Source: Takakia lepidozioides
Taxonomy: Eukaryota; Plantae; Bryophyta
DNA: 64,000 nt
Direction: 5' to 3'
Assembly (NCBI GenBank): GCA_030704615.1
Contig: CM060731.1
Location: 82,088,001 to 82,152,000 of the forward strand
In this document: positions 12,901 to 26,100 of the stretch, one piece after another
Layout: each line of letters begins with the position of its first letter
Position numbering within the stretch: the stretch's first letter is position 1
Notes under the pieces: generated by a model
The model's input: the letters and a program-made list of their open reading frames with translations, nothing else
Database searches by the model: none
Told to the model about the DNA's origin: nothing
Made by a program: the position numbers and the translations under genes

Positions 12901-15200
12901 TGTACGGATATCTTTACATGCTCTTTTTAAAAATAAAGTAGGTTTTTACAATCTAATACGCAACACACATATATATGTTTTCTCAATATTTGAGTTGATA
13001 TCAATCTATAATGTTTTAAATCTTTTTTGTTTAATTTTTCAGTGAAATGTTCCAAAATAGTAGTACAAATCATTGGGGGCAATGGATAGTGAAAACGACA
13101 TATAGTTTGATTTTTTTTTCTACATGTCTGTTTGTGTCGATGGATTTGAGCTTCACGAAGACTTAGGCGGAAGAACAATACTATCAGATGTTATATATTT
13201 ATCACAAAATCTTCAATTATGTTATTTTGGTCTATTCCATGGACCATAAATGGGTGCATTAGCTATCCACAACATTCCATGGTCATGTTCATTACCTCTA
13301 CTTTTGAAATTCCGTAACATAGAAAAAATCCCAAAAATGGTATGATCTTTTTTACATAAATATCTAAAAGCACCCATTCGATGATCATAATATCGAGCAC
13401 GTGTAATGGGATCGGATCGGACTAACTCGGCAATGTGTTTAGTTTCTAAGTTTTGTATATCCGGAATTTCCAAATTTTCATAATTGACAGAGTGAAGGGT
13501 TTCTAATAGTGGTGTCCATTTACTTTCAGCACTTGTGAATGTGACAAAAAAAGTAGGGGGTCCCTAATTGTCGAATCATTGCAAAAGCTTCTTTTCGAAG
13601 ACGAGCTACGTAATCGGGCGATGTTCGTAATCGTTCTAGATCTCTATATTCTAGATATGAGCGCAATAGCTTATCCAAATTTGATTTTTCAAGGCGATCA
13701 CCTGCCTTTAATTGTCTACCATGAAGTTTACCTTTACGAATACGAATCCAAGAAGATGAAATAACACCGTGAATTAATACTTTAATAGCTTCTTCTTTTT
13801 TTAAAACGGAATATATCGTGCAAAATCATGGTCTTTATATAATAGTTCCCACTGTGCTATATCTTGGTAAGGTAAAGCGGAACTATTTGATCGAGGATGT
13901 CCAAAAAACAAGCTAGGAAAATTTAATTCTTTGCTATTGAAATAGACCTAATGGTTTAAACTTAGCTACCGTCAAAAGATCATCTTGAAATACTTGGATT
14001 TGTTCCAAAGTGAGAATATTTTCCACCAAAGTATCACTAGTAATATTTTCGATAACTTTCTCAAAACTATCTCGAGTATTTTCGATAACTTCCTCAGAAC
14101 TATCTTCATTAAGACAATGTTTTGATTATTTTGTTATGTTTGACGAGACATTGCAAATAAACCATACCATTCTGGATGAATAGTAACATGAGTTTCCATA
14201 TATAATGGAGCAGTTACGAGATCATGTAAAGCTAACATGATAAAATTTGGACAAATAGTTCCTAATAAATATAGATTTTTATATTCTAATCGACATTTCA
14301 AAAGTAATCCAATTGTAGCATCATCATGTGGCATGCGAGGTGGAACCGACTGTGTATCATTAATATTTGCTGGAACATTAATAATGCTACCACGAATACC
14401 ATATTGAGCATAACATTGCAATTGATATATCTGTGCAAAAGCCAACGTGGTGCAATTAATCTTTCTTCTAGTGCATTTAGTTTTTGAACATTATATATAG
14501 GATTATTTAGATGAATTTTGTTAGGTACTATATATTTAGGAGATTTATTTTGATGTAGCATCAATTTACAACTTTGACATAGAAATAATTCTTGATTTTG
14601 TACTTTTGTCACATTTATAGAAATATACTCTTTTCGTGAGTTTAACAATTTGTTTCTTAAAAGATAACCAATGACAACACATACATGGATGCACAGGCGT
14701 ATCTAACAATTTTTCTCTATATTGAGTATGATGAGTACTAGATTTGGATTTGGATTTGGATTTGGATTTTTCTGCTTTTTGTAGGTTTTGTTCTTGACTC
14801 GCATTATTATTGGGGCTTGCATTTACCATGATATCTACAGAATTTTTTGTAGTTGTTTTCGCAATAAACTTCTTTTTAGTGTTAATATATCGTAAATGTG
14901 AATAAATTTGAGAAAATGTAAGTTGTAAAGCTGCATAATGTTGTTCAAATATATGAGCTATATCTTTTAAAGTTAATGATGGAAACTCAACCATTGAACA
15001 TATATTCGTCATGAGATGGTAACCATTTAAAACGAGGCGGTTTTGGGGCTACATTAGTTATATCGTGACCGTCATGTTTTTGTTGCCAAGCCTTTTTCTT
15101 AGTAATAGTGTCAATTTTCGAAGAAGATATTACGGAAAGTGGAGGAGATTGAATATGACATTGGTGGATTACACATTTGTTTCTTCCTTGAAACACTCAT
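9944..15200 (-). mobile_element. Decayed Helentron-type Helitron RepHel: Cys-rich/DUF6570-like region, HUH Rep, PIF1 helicase, AP-endonuclease
   Basis: Rep motifs 'VTFTSAE', 'SRGNEHDHGMLW', 'QIHRHKQTCRKK..CRFHYP', 'WQANTDAQYILDPYAAASYCTSYLTK'. PIF1 motifs 'LFLTGGA.TGK', 'GTTIH', 'DEVSLVG', 'ELNQVMRQ', 'GLVNGANG'. EEP motifs 'CFNETH', 'IYKPP', 'GDFN', 'LDHIW'. Many stops and frameshifts; termini not resolved. Confidence 0.88.
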
Positions 15201-15501
15201 GTATTAAACAAAAACCACAAATAAAAATGGATTTGTAAAATCCAAGTATGTTGTATGGACAGCAACATGAGAAGCTTGTAAAGCCAAATACTGTCATGGA
15301 AAACAAGAAAGCAAGTGAAAACCAAGCAAAACAAAGCAAAGCAAGGTTATATTATGTTATGTTATGCTATGCTCTTGAATGTAAAATAGAATTCAAGTAG
15401 CATGATTTTCGAAACCATCTAAATCTCCCACATGATTCAAAGAGAAACGCACCACATGACGGACATTGGAGAGGGTCTTGATGACGGAGAGCCTTTCGGC
15501 C

Positions 15502-15755
15502 CTATGAGCAGCCTTCAAAATCCTGTTCATTCATTCCCACAATAGCCTCTAAATTGACATGGACCTGAACAACCCCATCCACACCGTACACACTACCAAT
15601 TATGTACACTTGAAGAGCACAATGACTAGCCGCATTGCAAACATTGCAGTAGAAGAGCCCATCGTCTTGACGTGCTATGTTTTCAAGCCCGCAAGCATCA
15701 CAGACACGCTTAAAAGGCGAGTTGAAGGTGACTTGATATGGAAAATCCATGTGAC
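15502..15755 (-). pseudogene. RPA70 C-terminal OB/zinc-finger-like exon, probably Helitron-borne
   Basis: 'PFKRVCDACG...DGLFYCNVCN' CxxC..CxxC, preceded by an AG acceptor, directly upstream of RepHel on the same strand. Confidence 0.5.
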
Positions 15756-15879
15756 CTGAAAATCAGCAAAGAAAAAAGATTAAACCTACATAATAGACAT
15801 GAAAGAATACGGAAAGGAAGGAAGAACATAGAGAAAAATAAGATTTTACTTGAGTTGCTATTCCATGGCCTCCATGAGC

Positions 15880-17340
15880 TGTATCAGCATTGATTCTTGG
15901 ACCAATTTGTTTTCGGCCAGAATCCCTCAAGAAACTGAATATGGTCAGGAGCTTCTGGAATTGTCTTATCCAGCTCAGCGAGAATGTTTCCCCAGTACTG
16001 GTCGTATTGTTCCATTCGACCTTTGTAATGATCGTCAAGCATCATTCATTTCGTCCAAAAATCCCTGTATTTTTTTATTTCATTCTTAATAAATGACTGT
16101 TTTTCGAAGGAGTCGTCCCCAACTCCCCAGATAGGTCTCCTTGGAACGGCGTCTAGGTCTCCTTTAGGGAGCTTCGAAGTCCCGTCAGGATTGGACTTCC
16201 AATCTTCACGCTATTGTTTGTTGGAACCCAATCCGAATCAGTAGCGGACTTCTTGTACTTCATGACGGGCCAGCCCTCCGCATCCTTAAAAAAACGGAAG
16301 ACATGCATCTCCGAAATCCCGACCAACGCCTCATTTCCATCCAGAATACAGCCCTTGACAAAATTCTTGAAGTCGGGAACCTCCTGAATAATCTGTGGAA
16401 TGAACTGCAGATCTTGCGAGGTCATAAAAGACCTCATCAAATCTGAAAGAATGTAGGTGCTTCGTTCCTTCAGCTTCTTCGAAAGGTAGCTGAAGAACCC
16501 GTCGATGTCCTCATGGGTGTGTCCGACCATTAGGAACCCTAGCTGGATTTCTTCAAAAACATCTTTGGCGGTCAGGAAGGATAGAAAAGCAAGCATCCAT
16601 CTGTTCTTATTGTCCTTCGCAAAGTTGTCCATTTGCAAGTACAGTCTTATCGGAAGTGGACGAGCACCACGTTTGTCTTCCGGCCTGCAGGGTTTAAGAG
16701 TATCCAAACATCTCGATTTACCTCTTAAAAGTGATTCGAAGAACTCGTTTTGAAGTCGGTAATCGAAAATGTTCCTGGACTCGCGACAGGTTGGCTTCTC
16801 CAGCTGGCGCAGGCAACGTGCCAAAGAACCAATTGTAAAGTTTGAATTTCCCTTCCATAACTCAAGAGAATACTGACCGTAAGCTCCATCACCGTGTCCG
16901 TGCGTGACCATTCCCGTTAGTGAAACTGGAAGCTGACCCAATCCAGAAATCATCTTATTTGGAGTCTGTAGCCTTGGAATAGCTGTTTTCCTATGATCCA
17001 TTTTGTCGTGAATAATACAGAGAAACTCCTCCGGAATCATAATAGACTCATTCCTCCAGCTATAGTACAGTCTTCTGCACGACTCTTGGTGCCTCAAATG
17101 TTTATCAAGCGCTCGTTTGTGTGTCACATGTTCCGCACTTCTCTTGACAGACTTTCTGATCAGGTCCTTGAACATCTCACACTCCGTGCACTTCGCAAAT
17201 GCACTCCCAGTTTTACGAACCTCCACGTTAGGAAAAATCCGACTCCGGATGCGGCTATTAGCCAACTTCGAGACTCCTTCCAACCCGAAAAGTCTGTTGG
17301 TCTGTTACAATAAGGCAGGGTCAGGAAAGGAACGTCCACT
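15880..17340 (-). mobile_element. Sola-like/DUF7869 DDE transposase remnant
   Basis: 'FAKCTEC', 'IHDKMD', 'LYLQMDN..KDNKN', 'LMVGHTHEDIDGFFS'. Frameshifted C-terminal continuation to 'EGFWPKTNW' near 15900. Confidence 0.7.
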
Positions 17341-19846
17341 GGACAGTGGAGGTTCATGAAGCTAGAACCACAGTCGAAAGAGCCCCTCTGTGGACAAAAT
17401 CAAGTCCATTTCTTGTTTCCAACTCTCCATAGTAATCTAGTGTTATCCTTCCAGTTGGTGACCAGAATGACATAGTTTAATTTAGTCTAATATAGTAATC
17501 AGAGTTTACTAGGGTCTCACATTTGATATGCAGATGTTGATTTTCCACTTCCTTTGTATGTAGTTTATACCAATGTCTCTTGTGTACCTCGCTTCTGGAG
17601 TGGGGAAGTGATGAGAGGGAGGCTGAGGAGGGAGATAATATCAGGGAGTTATTGATCTGAAAGAATAAACGAGGAAATCTAGGTCGGCTTACTGCCCTTT
17701 ATAGTTCGGAGAAGCAGAACAATGCAGCTATCTTTTAATGTTAGGTGAAAATAAAGAGTTGTTGAGTTAGGTGAATAAAGGGCCCCGGGTTTGAAGTTGG
17801 TGTGAAGATTAGAATCAAAACCCCACGAGCACTCTCAGGCCGCTTGGCTGGCTGGTCACTTACTCTTAATAGTCGTTGATTACATTAGCGAGAACCGGAC
17901 AAAGTGTTATCATAAGCCTATTGGTCGAGACCATGCTTGTTGGCCCTGGTATGGAAGATATCTTGATCCTCGTGTTTGGATCCCACAACAAAAGGAACTT
18001 GATTACCTTGGTACGCACGTAGATCCCACTGTTTTGTTGTTTGTTCAGAATTTGATTTTCCAATTCTTTTGCATGTGCATTTGCACTCTTACCTCAACAA
18101 ATTCATATGCAAAACTTCCACTTTGGGCCTAACATTTGTCATTTCAACCGCGTGTTCCCAGTTACATTCAAGGAACGAATTCTAAAAGCGGAACAAGAGC
18201 TGCGTGATTGGGAAGAATGGCGGGCGTGTCGGAAGGCTTCAAGGGCATCAAGTAGAGTTGGCAGTAACATTTCAGATGACAATGTCAGCCGGTTTTACCT
18301 TCCTGAAAGTATCTCCGTTTCCTCTGGTGCGGAGACCGTTGCAAGTGGCTGTGGTAACCGGAGGCGTCTTCGGACACATGCCTTGACTGCGAGCCGTTTG
18401 GGAGGAGGCTTCGTATTATTAATGAGTTAGTATAAGCTGTAACGGTTTTATGGCTTCAGAATCTATGGCTTGTATGGCATTAAGTCCATGAACGGATGAA
18501 CGGTTAACGTTCATTTTTCTGTTGGTCCATTGCCTTGAATGATATAATCTCAAATAAAATATGAATGTTTCATATCATCAATTAGGTCCCGACAGACTCG
18601 TTTTTCCATGTTGTCATCTTCATCATATGCCATCATTGTTTCATATTTGATTCTGCCATTGTTCCATGTTTGTTTGTGTATGTCATTTTGGATATCGGAG
18701 CTCTCATCATTGTTTGATTCGTTGTTATATAGTGCACAAATAGTCAAATAATCGAAGGGAGGATCATCCACATTGAATCAGAAAAATATTCCAGGAAAGA
18801 AATTGAAGAATGGAGATTTCAAACCTCGTTGGACTCGTCTCGTATTCGCTTCCAGTTCATTTTAGGTGGTAAGACCTCAAAATATCGCTCCTTCCCTCCC
18901 CAATGCATCTTGTCTATGGGGCATGAGGTCAGTATTTCCGTTGACAATGGACATAATGTTACCCTCTGCCTGAAGCGTCCTTGGGCATGGCCTCTTCACT
19001 CCACGGTTCCCATGGAGACTTGACAACCAGGTCAAGGCACAACAAATATAAAAACCGTTTAGGAATGTGATTATATATATATATATGTATATATATAGTT
19101 TGGTAGTTTGTTTTGTTTTGTTTGTTTTGTAGTGTCCTTGAGATCTCCCAAACCGCAAGGCCTCTGCCTAGGGTCTTGCTACCGCTGGAAAGCCTAGGCT
19201 CGATGAGGAGGGTGCATCGAGACAGTTTCATAATTATTGGACAAGTGGTGTGGGAGATGTTGTAGCTCAAGCGTTTTCCGTCACTGGAAATTCATGAGAA
19301 ATAGCAAGTTGGATTTTTCTCGAATATTGGCCCTTCATTTGTCCTTCGGTATACATGGTAAATATAAATATGTATATACTTTGTAAAATGATGGTACAAT
19401 ATGTTCTCAACGGCACAGGCCGCACTAGAGGGGATGGGAGCCCTCACATTATTGATAAGGGAAAAAATAAGATCATATGGGACAAAAAAACAAACACACC
19501 GGCATAGTGAAGGACTAACCCAAAGACAATAGCAAAGAGAGAAACCATACAATTGGATGAGAAGCGATCCCACGGGATGAGATTTAGAAGCCTATGGGGC
19601 CATAGCGATGGGCAAGGACTCAAGTCCTGCGCACATGACAAAAAACGGGGCTGATCGGCTCGAAAAGTGGGCTGATCCGCCCCTGACACCGCTTCCCCGC
19701 GCGGATAGCGATATTTGCCCAGTGCGATCGCTCAGCCACAAAGCTGATCCGCCGGATAAAAGTAGATGAAAGAAAATAACCTTTTAGATGAAAAACAAAG
19801 TTATTTATCATGTTAAAACAAATGTTAGCTTCATTTTTGCCGTGTA

Positions 19847-20413
19847 TGTCACGGACGAGAACATGACTGAACACAAACAAGAGATCAGACTAGAGGTACA
19901 AGACTAGACAAGAAGTCAAGGTCAGCGTGGCCGAATGCACGATGAGTAAATAGAAATCAAGACGATTTTTATAACAACGAACAAGAGTACAAGATATTGG
20001 AATACGACTTGAATACTAGAATGCTGGAAACTGGACTGGAGTACTGGAAACTGGAAACAAGAGGAGCTTGAACTGGTGTTGGCGAGACTGAAGAGTGTTC
20101 AGTCTCGCCTCCTATATATACTGGCTACTAAGAAGCTTCCCTAATAAGCTTCTCTTATGGAGGTTTTTTGCTGGAGAAGTTTCCAAGATTAAACAAATGT
20201 TTCTTGATGGAGAAGTTTCCTTAAACAAATGAGGTATCTTGATGTAAAAGTTTCATCTAAAGGAAGCTTCCTGAGCAGTTTCCCAAGTTAATCTTGGTAA
20301 TTTGATAAACTCCCGGTAACTTGGTAAGTAATGGTAAATCATGGTAAGTCATGGTAACTTGATAACTTCTGGTATTTACTCTTGGTAAGTTCATCTGGGC
20401 TATGTCCGTGACA
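19847..20413 (-). repeat. 3' LTR of chromovirus
   Basis: tgtcacggac...gtccgtgaca; similar to 26101-26719. Confidence 0.95.
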
Positions 20414-23400
20414 TCACCCCCTCATGTAGCGCCGAGTTCCTCGAGGAGCGGTAAAATCTTGGACTTGCTTAGAATTGGAGAAAATCCAAAATCCGGCGAA
20501 TGATATTTGCCAAGTATTCGGCTCTTCGTTATTGACTCAAATGATTTATAGGTCCATGCAACCATCGATAATATCCAACACCTTGAACTTGGGATCACGC
20601 AGTGATTTGAGCATTCTGATTTTCGAAGCTGCCTTCAAACATGATTTCGTTACCCTCTGGGTCCGAAGCCTCAACCTCCAACATAATTATCAGACTTCAA
20701 ATAGGCTCCACTTGCCGTCGTACGGGGTCCAGACGAGGAAGTACGCGTCGCATTGGTGGCCCATCGTCTCGAGAGCGTCGGCGTGATGTTGAAGGTCGTG
20801 GGAGTCGGAACGGCTGATCTGGTAGCTGGGTAAGCGACAACTCCAATGTATCTGGTTCCTGTGACTTCATATTGCCAATACAAGATGCAAGAGTGCTGGA
20901 AGTGTAACTATATATACTGATGTGTGGTGCTCCTCCCTCCTTAGCGTGTATCAGGTACATCGAACCCAACCGTTGATACCACAATGTATACTGCAGGAAT
21001 TGTCAAGCTTGACTGGGGTTGAGCACACTACAAGGACTGTGGGTGGTGACTACCTGGACTGCCTAAGGCAATCGACTTTGTGGGAAGAGAATGTCCTCAG
21101 GAACATGAATGACAATGCTGCTGCCTTGGCACCCCGCACAAAACTGGAGATGCAGCAGAGAGCAATTCAACAACTCTTTGCGAAAGAGCCAGTAAAGCCA
21201 ACAACCCCCGGTAAGAATAAAAGGGGGGACAAAGGTAAGCAGGCTACGTAGGCTGGCGGGTCAAGTGCTGGTGGAAGCTCTGATCCTGCTACTGTGGCAG
21301 TGCCAGATGCCCGTACTCAGATGGTGGATGCGGAGGGCGACCAAAACCTGCCTGAAGGAAGTCAGAAGAAGTCCCACAAACAAAAGAAGCGCCCTTACGA
21401 GGCCCGGCTATGCGTCTCCAGGGTAGTGGGCCCGCACTTCCAGAAGAAATGTGTTTGTCAGAGCTTCATCAATATGATGGAGTCACATAATTCCACCTTC
21501 GTAGGCACTAAGTCTCTTACATGGGACCATCTGTGCTCATTTCTGGCACTGGTAATTCCACACCTCATAACTTTTCATGTTTTCTGCAGACCTTTTGTGG
21601 AGTCTTCATCTTAAAGCTAACTTGGCTGACCTCATCATTGTGACGTCTTATTGACGTGTAGGTCGGGGCTTAGCTGGATATCGTTGATGAAACTCTTGGA
21701 CTTTGTCAGATGAAGTGGCGAGGTTGGATGAAGGTTCACACGTTCGTTCGCTGATGTCGTAACATTTCCAATGTACGAAATACTCAAGACATTTCTACTT
21801 GATGCGAGAGTCTAAGACTTCGTCGACTTCATACTCAATTTCCTGATTGATCTCGATTGGTGGATGTGGTACGGAGACTCTCTCTGGAATATTCGATAAA
21901 TGATACAACTCCAATAATGAAACATGAAAGACTAGATGGATGCGCATATTTTGTGGGAGTTCAAGCCGAAAACTGACCGGATTTATTTGTCGAATAATTT
22001 TGAATGGTCCCAGGCGTTGATAATCCAACTTTCTTGATGGTCGCGAGGTTTGTATGTCTCGTCGAAGAAGCCACACACGATCTCCGACCTTGAACTGGGG
22101 TTGGAATTGACGACGTTGATTTGCATACTCTTTGTATTGTTTTTGAGCTTCTGCGAGGTGGAATATAAGCTCTTACATAGCAAGATGAGTAGCAAGGTTT
22201 TTTGCAGCAGGGTTTTCAATAGTCCTCAAGTGGAAAGGGTTTGTTCGAGGATGATGAACATAATTGGAGAAAAATGGAGTTTGCTTGGTCAAAGAATGTA
22301 TAGTGTTGTTGTAGGCAAACTCAGCCAATGACAGAAGGTCCGTCCAATTATCTTGGTGATAATTTATCGTACAACGAAGATACTGTTCCAAAATTTGGTT
22401 TACACGTTCGGTTTGACCATCAGTCTGTGGATGATTAGCTGTAGAGAGGTTGATCTTAGTATCCAATATGTGAAATAATCCTCTCCAGAAATTTGATATG
22501 AACTGTGGTCCTCGATCAGATACGATGTCCTTCGGAAATCCATGAATGCGGTAGATATTGTTTAGGAAGAGTCTTGCAGTTTCCTCGCCGATAACTGTCT
22601 TATTACATGGAATGAAATGTGTCATCTTCGTAAAACGATCTATAATAACAAGGATTGAATCGGTGGTCTTGGAAATTGGAAGGTTCGTAATAAAGTCCAT
22701 AGACACGGACGGCCATGGACCCTTGGGAATGGGTAATGGTTGAAGAAGGTCGTAAGGTCGATGTCGTGATCCCTTCGCTCTAGCACACGTGTCGCAAGAT
22801 TTTATAAATTCTTTCACGAGTTTCCACATTTGTGGCCACCAATAGTCCCTGGATATCAATTCCATTGTTTTGTTGAAGCCGAAATGTCCTGCCGCCGGAA
22901 GATCATGACATGTTTGAAGAATTCGAAGTCGTATAGATCCTGGAGGTACATAGAGAAGTCCCTTGAAATAAAGTAAGCCATCTTTGAATTCGAAGTCGTT
23001 TGTAACATGCGGGTTGTCTCGATATCGATTTAGTTGACTTCGTAGTGTCGTGGCAAATTGGTCGCTCTTCAGTGCTTCCTAGATCTTCTTTATGATCTCT
23101 GCATCGTCATAGGTGGACATAGATAACATATTCACTTGGGAGATTTGCTGGTTTCAAGATGATGGATTTCTGTTGGTCAAAAACTGCATCTCCTTCTTTT
23201 GGCGCAAGATACGATCGTCGAGAAAGAGCATCTGGTTTTCCTTGAAGATGTCCGGGATGGTAGGTAATAATAAAATCAAACCTTGCTAGTGACATACTCT
23301 ATCTCGCTTGACGTCAATTCAAAACACGATCACTCATGAAATACTCGAGGTTTTTGTGATCGGTATAGACTGTGACTTGATGTTTAGCTCTCTTCAATAG

Positions 23401-26087
23401 ATGACGCCACTCCTCAAAAACATCAATAATCGCTAGAAGTTCTTTGTCATGGATTTCATAATTGATCTCCGCAGCGGAAAATTTGTGAGAACGAAAACCA
23501 ACAGGTGGAGTCGGCCATCTATATCGTATTGAGAGAGTACCGCTCCAAGTGCAAAGTCCGATGCATCTGCTTCCAAAAAGAATGGTTTAGATGGGTCTGC
23601 ATGTATCAGTAATGGAGCCGTTGTGAATGCATGCTTCAGCCTTTCAAATGCTTGGTCAGCCTTCTTGTTCCATACAAATTTGTCATTCTTTGTGAGTCGT
23701 GTCAATGGTGCAGCAATTTTGGAGTAGTTCTTGATGAAGATTCTATAGAAATTTGCAAATCCTAGAAAACATTGTACATCTCGAACCGAAGTTCGTTTAA
23801 TCCACTCGATGATGGTTTATATTTTCTTCTAATCCATAAATACTCTTTTATCGAAAATAATGTAGCCCAAAAATTCGACTTCAGATTGGTGGAAAAGACA
23901 TTTTTCCAACTTGACATATAGTCATTTTTCCCTCAATTTATCAATGACAAGGTGTACATGGCGACCATGTTCTTCTTCATTCTGTGAAAATATCAAAATG
24001 TCGTCCAAATAGATGACTACAAAATCATCTAAAAATTCTCAAAAGATGTCATTCATCATGTGTTGAAAAATTGCTGGAGCATTTGTAAGACCGAAAGCCA
24101 TAACACTGTATTTGAAATGTTCGTACTTTGTGCGAAAAGCAATCTTCCATTCGTCTCCTTCTTTTATTCGTACAAGATTGTAAGCTCATCTCAAGTCGAT
24201 CTTTGTGAAAAAATTTGCTCGTCCAAGTTGTTCGAGGAGTCCGAAAATCAGCGGTAGTGGGTAACGATTTTTTATAGTGACTTTGTTGAGCTCACGATAG
24301 TCCACACACATGCGTAACGATCCGTCCTTCTTCTTCACAAATAAGATAGGTGCTCCCGCGGGTGATTTCGAATGTTGAATGAAATTCTTTGATAAATTTT
24401 CATCAATGGCAACATGTCTGCATTTTTCTTCTCGAAGACATCCTTGAAATCTTGATATTGAGCGGGTAATGTAGAAGTACCTTGGTCTGTTGTGGTTTTG
24501 ATCAGAGTAGCATAAAGTGCAAATGTCGCGTCTTTCTTCGTAGCTCTCATGAAGGCTCTAGCTCCAAGAAACAGAGGTTGAATACCTTTGGTACTTTTGC
24601 ATTTTTGTCTTGCCGAAATTTTTCGTGATCGCCAGTCGATGTCAGGATTATGAAGTACAAACCAGGGAAGTCCAAGGATCACAAGATTCGATGGAGACTG
24701 GATGACATTGAAAACAATCTGTGATGCTTGATTTCTAAGCTTCACTTCAAGGGGTCGAGTTTCATGGTCAATATTTCCTGATGCTAACGGTCGTCCATCG
24801 ACGACTTCAACAGGAGCCGAAAATTTCTTTCTTACGAGCGTTAAATTGTGTTGTTTCGCAAAGTCTTTGTCAATAAAATACGCTGAAGCGCCCGAGTCCA
24901 AAAGTGTTTCTACGGAGATATCTCAATTTTGCATCCTGATCTTTACTGGAACTGTGAAACAAGGTACAGGGTTTGGAGGTAGAAATAGACAATTTTTTTG
25001 GTGAGGAATTTGGGGTGTCCAGCCGCATGGTCCCTACTGTAACTGGACATCTTCGTTTTCCGACCTCCTCGTATCGAACACTTGAGTTGTGCCCCGAGCT
25101 TTGAATCTTCTCTTGTTGGGGCAGTTTAATGCTATGTGATCATCTTCTCCGCAATAAAGGCATAATCCATTCGAGCGCCGTCTTTGTTTTTTTTGTGGTG
25201 TCAATGGCTTGAATCGGATAGCATCAATCTGCATAGGATCATTACCGGATGTCTAATGGATCGTTGTGTTTGGTGCCGTAGTAGCAGCGGCATGGTGCGT
25301 CGTCGACCATCCAGATCGCTGTCTTTCGAACAAACGATTATCGCATGCAATGACTTGGGTGATGAATTCGCTCAGTGTACTCACGTTTGACATTGTCAGC
25401 AACAAATCCTCTTTTAGGACACATTGAAACTGACTAATGAGGCTCTTCTCATTCCAGTCGAGGTCGCACGCAAGTAGTCGAAATTCAGCAGCATAAACGG
25501 AAGCTGGACGTGCTCCTTGTCGAAGATTTCGCATCTTTGTCTCTGCAACTCTCTATCTATCATTCTCTCCAAACGTTGCAGTGAACTCGGACATGAACGC
25601 TTCAAAATTGTATAGTAAATGCGAAATTTTCTCTAATAGCGGTGCAAACCAAGATAGGGTAGTGCCGGATAGAAGGGTGCCCACAAATCCTACTTGAATA
25701 CCTTCATCAGGGTAGCATTGTGGATGTAGTCATAGAAACAATCGTACTTGTTGAATAAAACCGCGAAATCTTGATTTTGTTCCATTAAAATTTTCGGGCG
25801 TGCTGACCTTTGATTCCCTTGTAACCTGTTGAAGATTTGGAGGAACCGTTGCAGTAGGATTTGTTGTAGTAGAGACTCGTAAGGTTGAAGATCCATTGTT
25901 CGACTCCTTCAACTTTGAAATTTGTTGTTGCAAATTGTTAAGAGCGTTGTCAAGATCTTGAGACTAATCAACTTGTAGTTGGGCAGTAGAGGCACGAAGT
26001 TCTTGCATCTGGAGCTGAAGACTCTGCAATGTGGCGACCATTTCCGCAAATGTGCCTTCCATCTTAACTAACTGAGGAACAAACTTT

Positions 26088-26098
26088 AGTCTCGCCAA
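26088..26098 (-). promoter_or_regulatory. Self-priming primer-binding site
   Basis: TTGGCGAGACT, 2 nt past the 5' LTR, is exactly complementary to AGTCTCGCCAA at 26390-26380, ~30 nt downstream of the TATA box. Confidence 0.8.
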
Positions 26099-26100
26099 AC

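Noticed and set aside
17860-19760. Fragmentary ORFs and GCTGATC repeats as a Harbinger left end
   Set aside because: No matching right TIR or TSD found; family not assignable.
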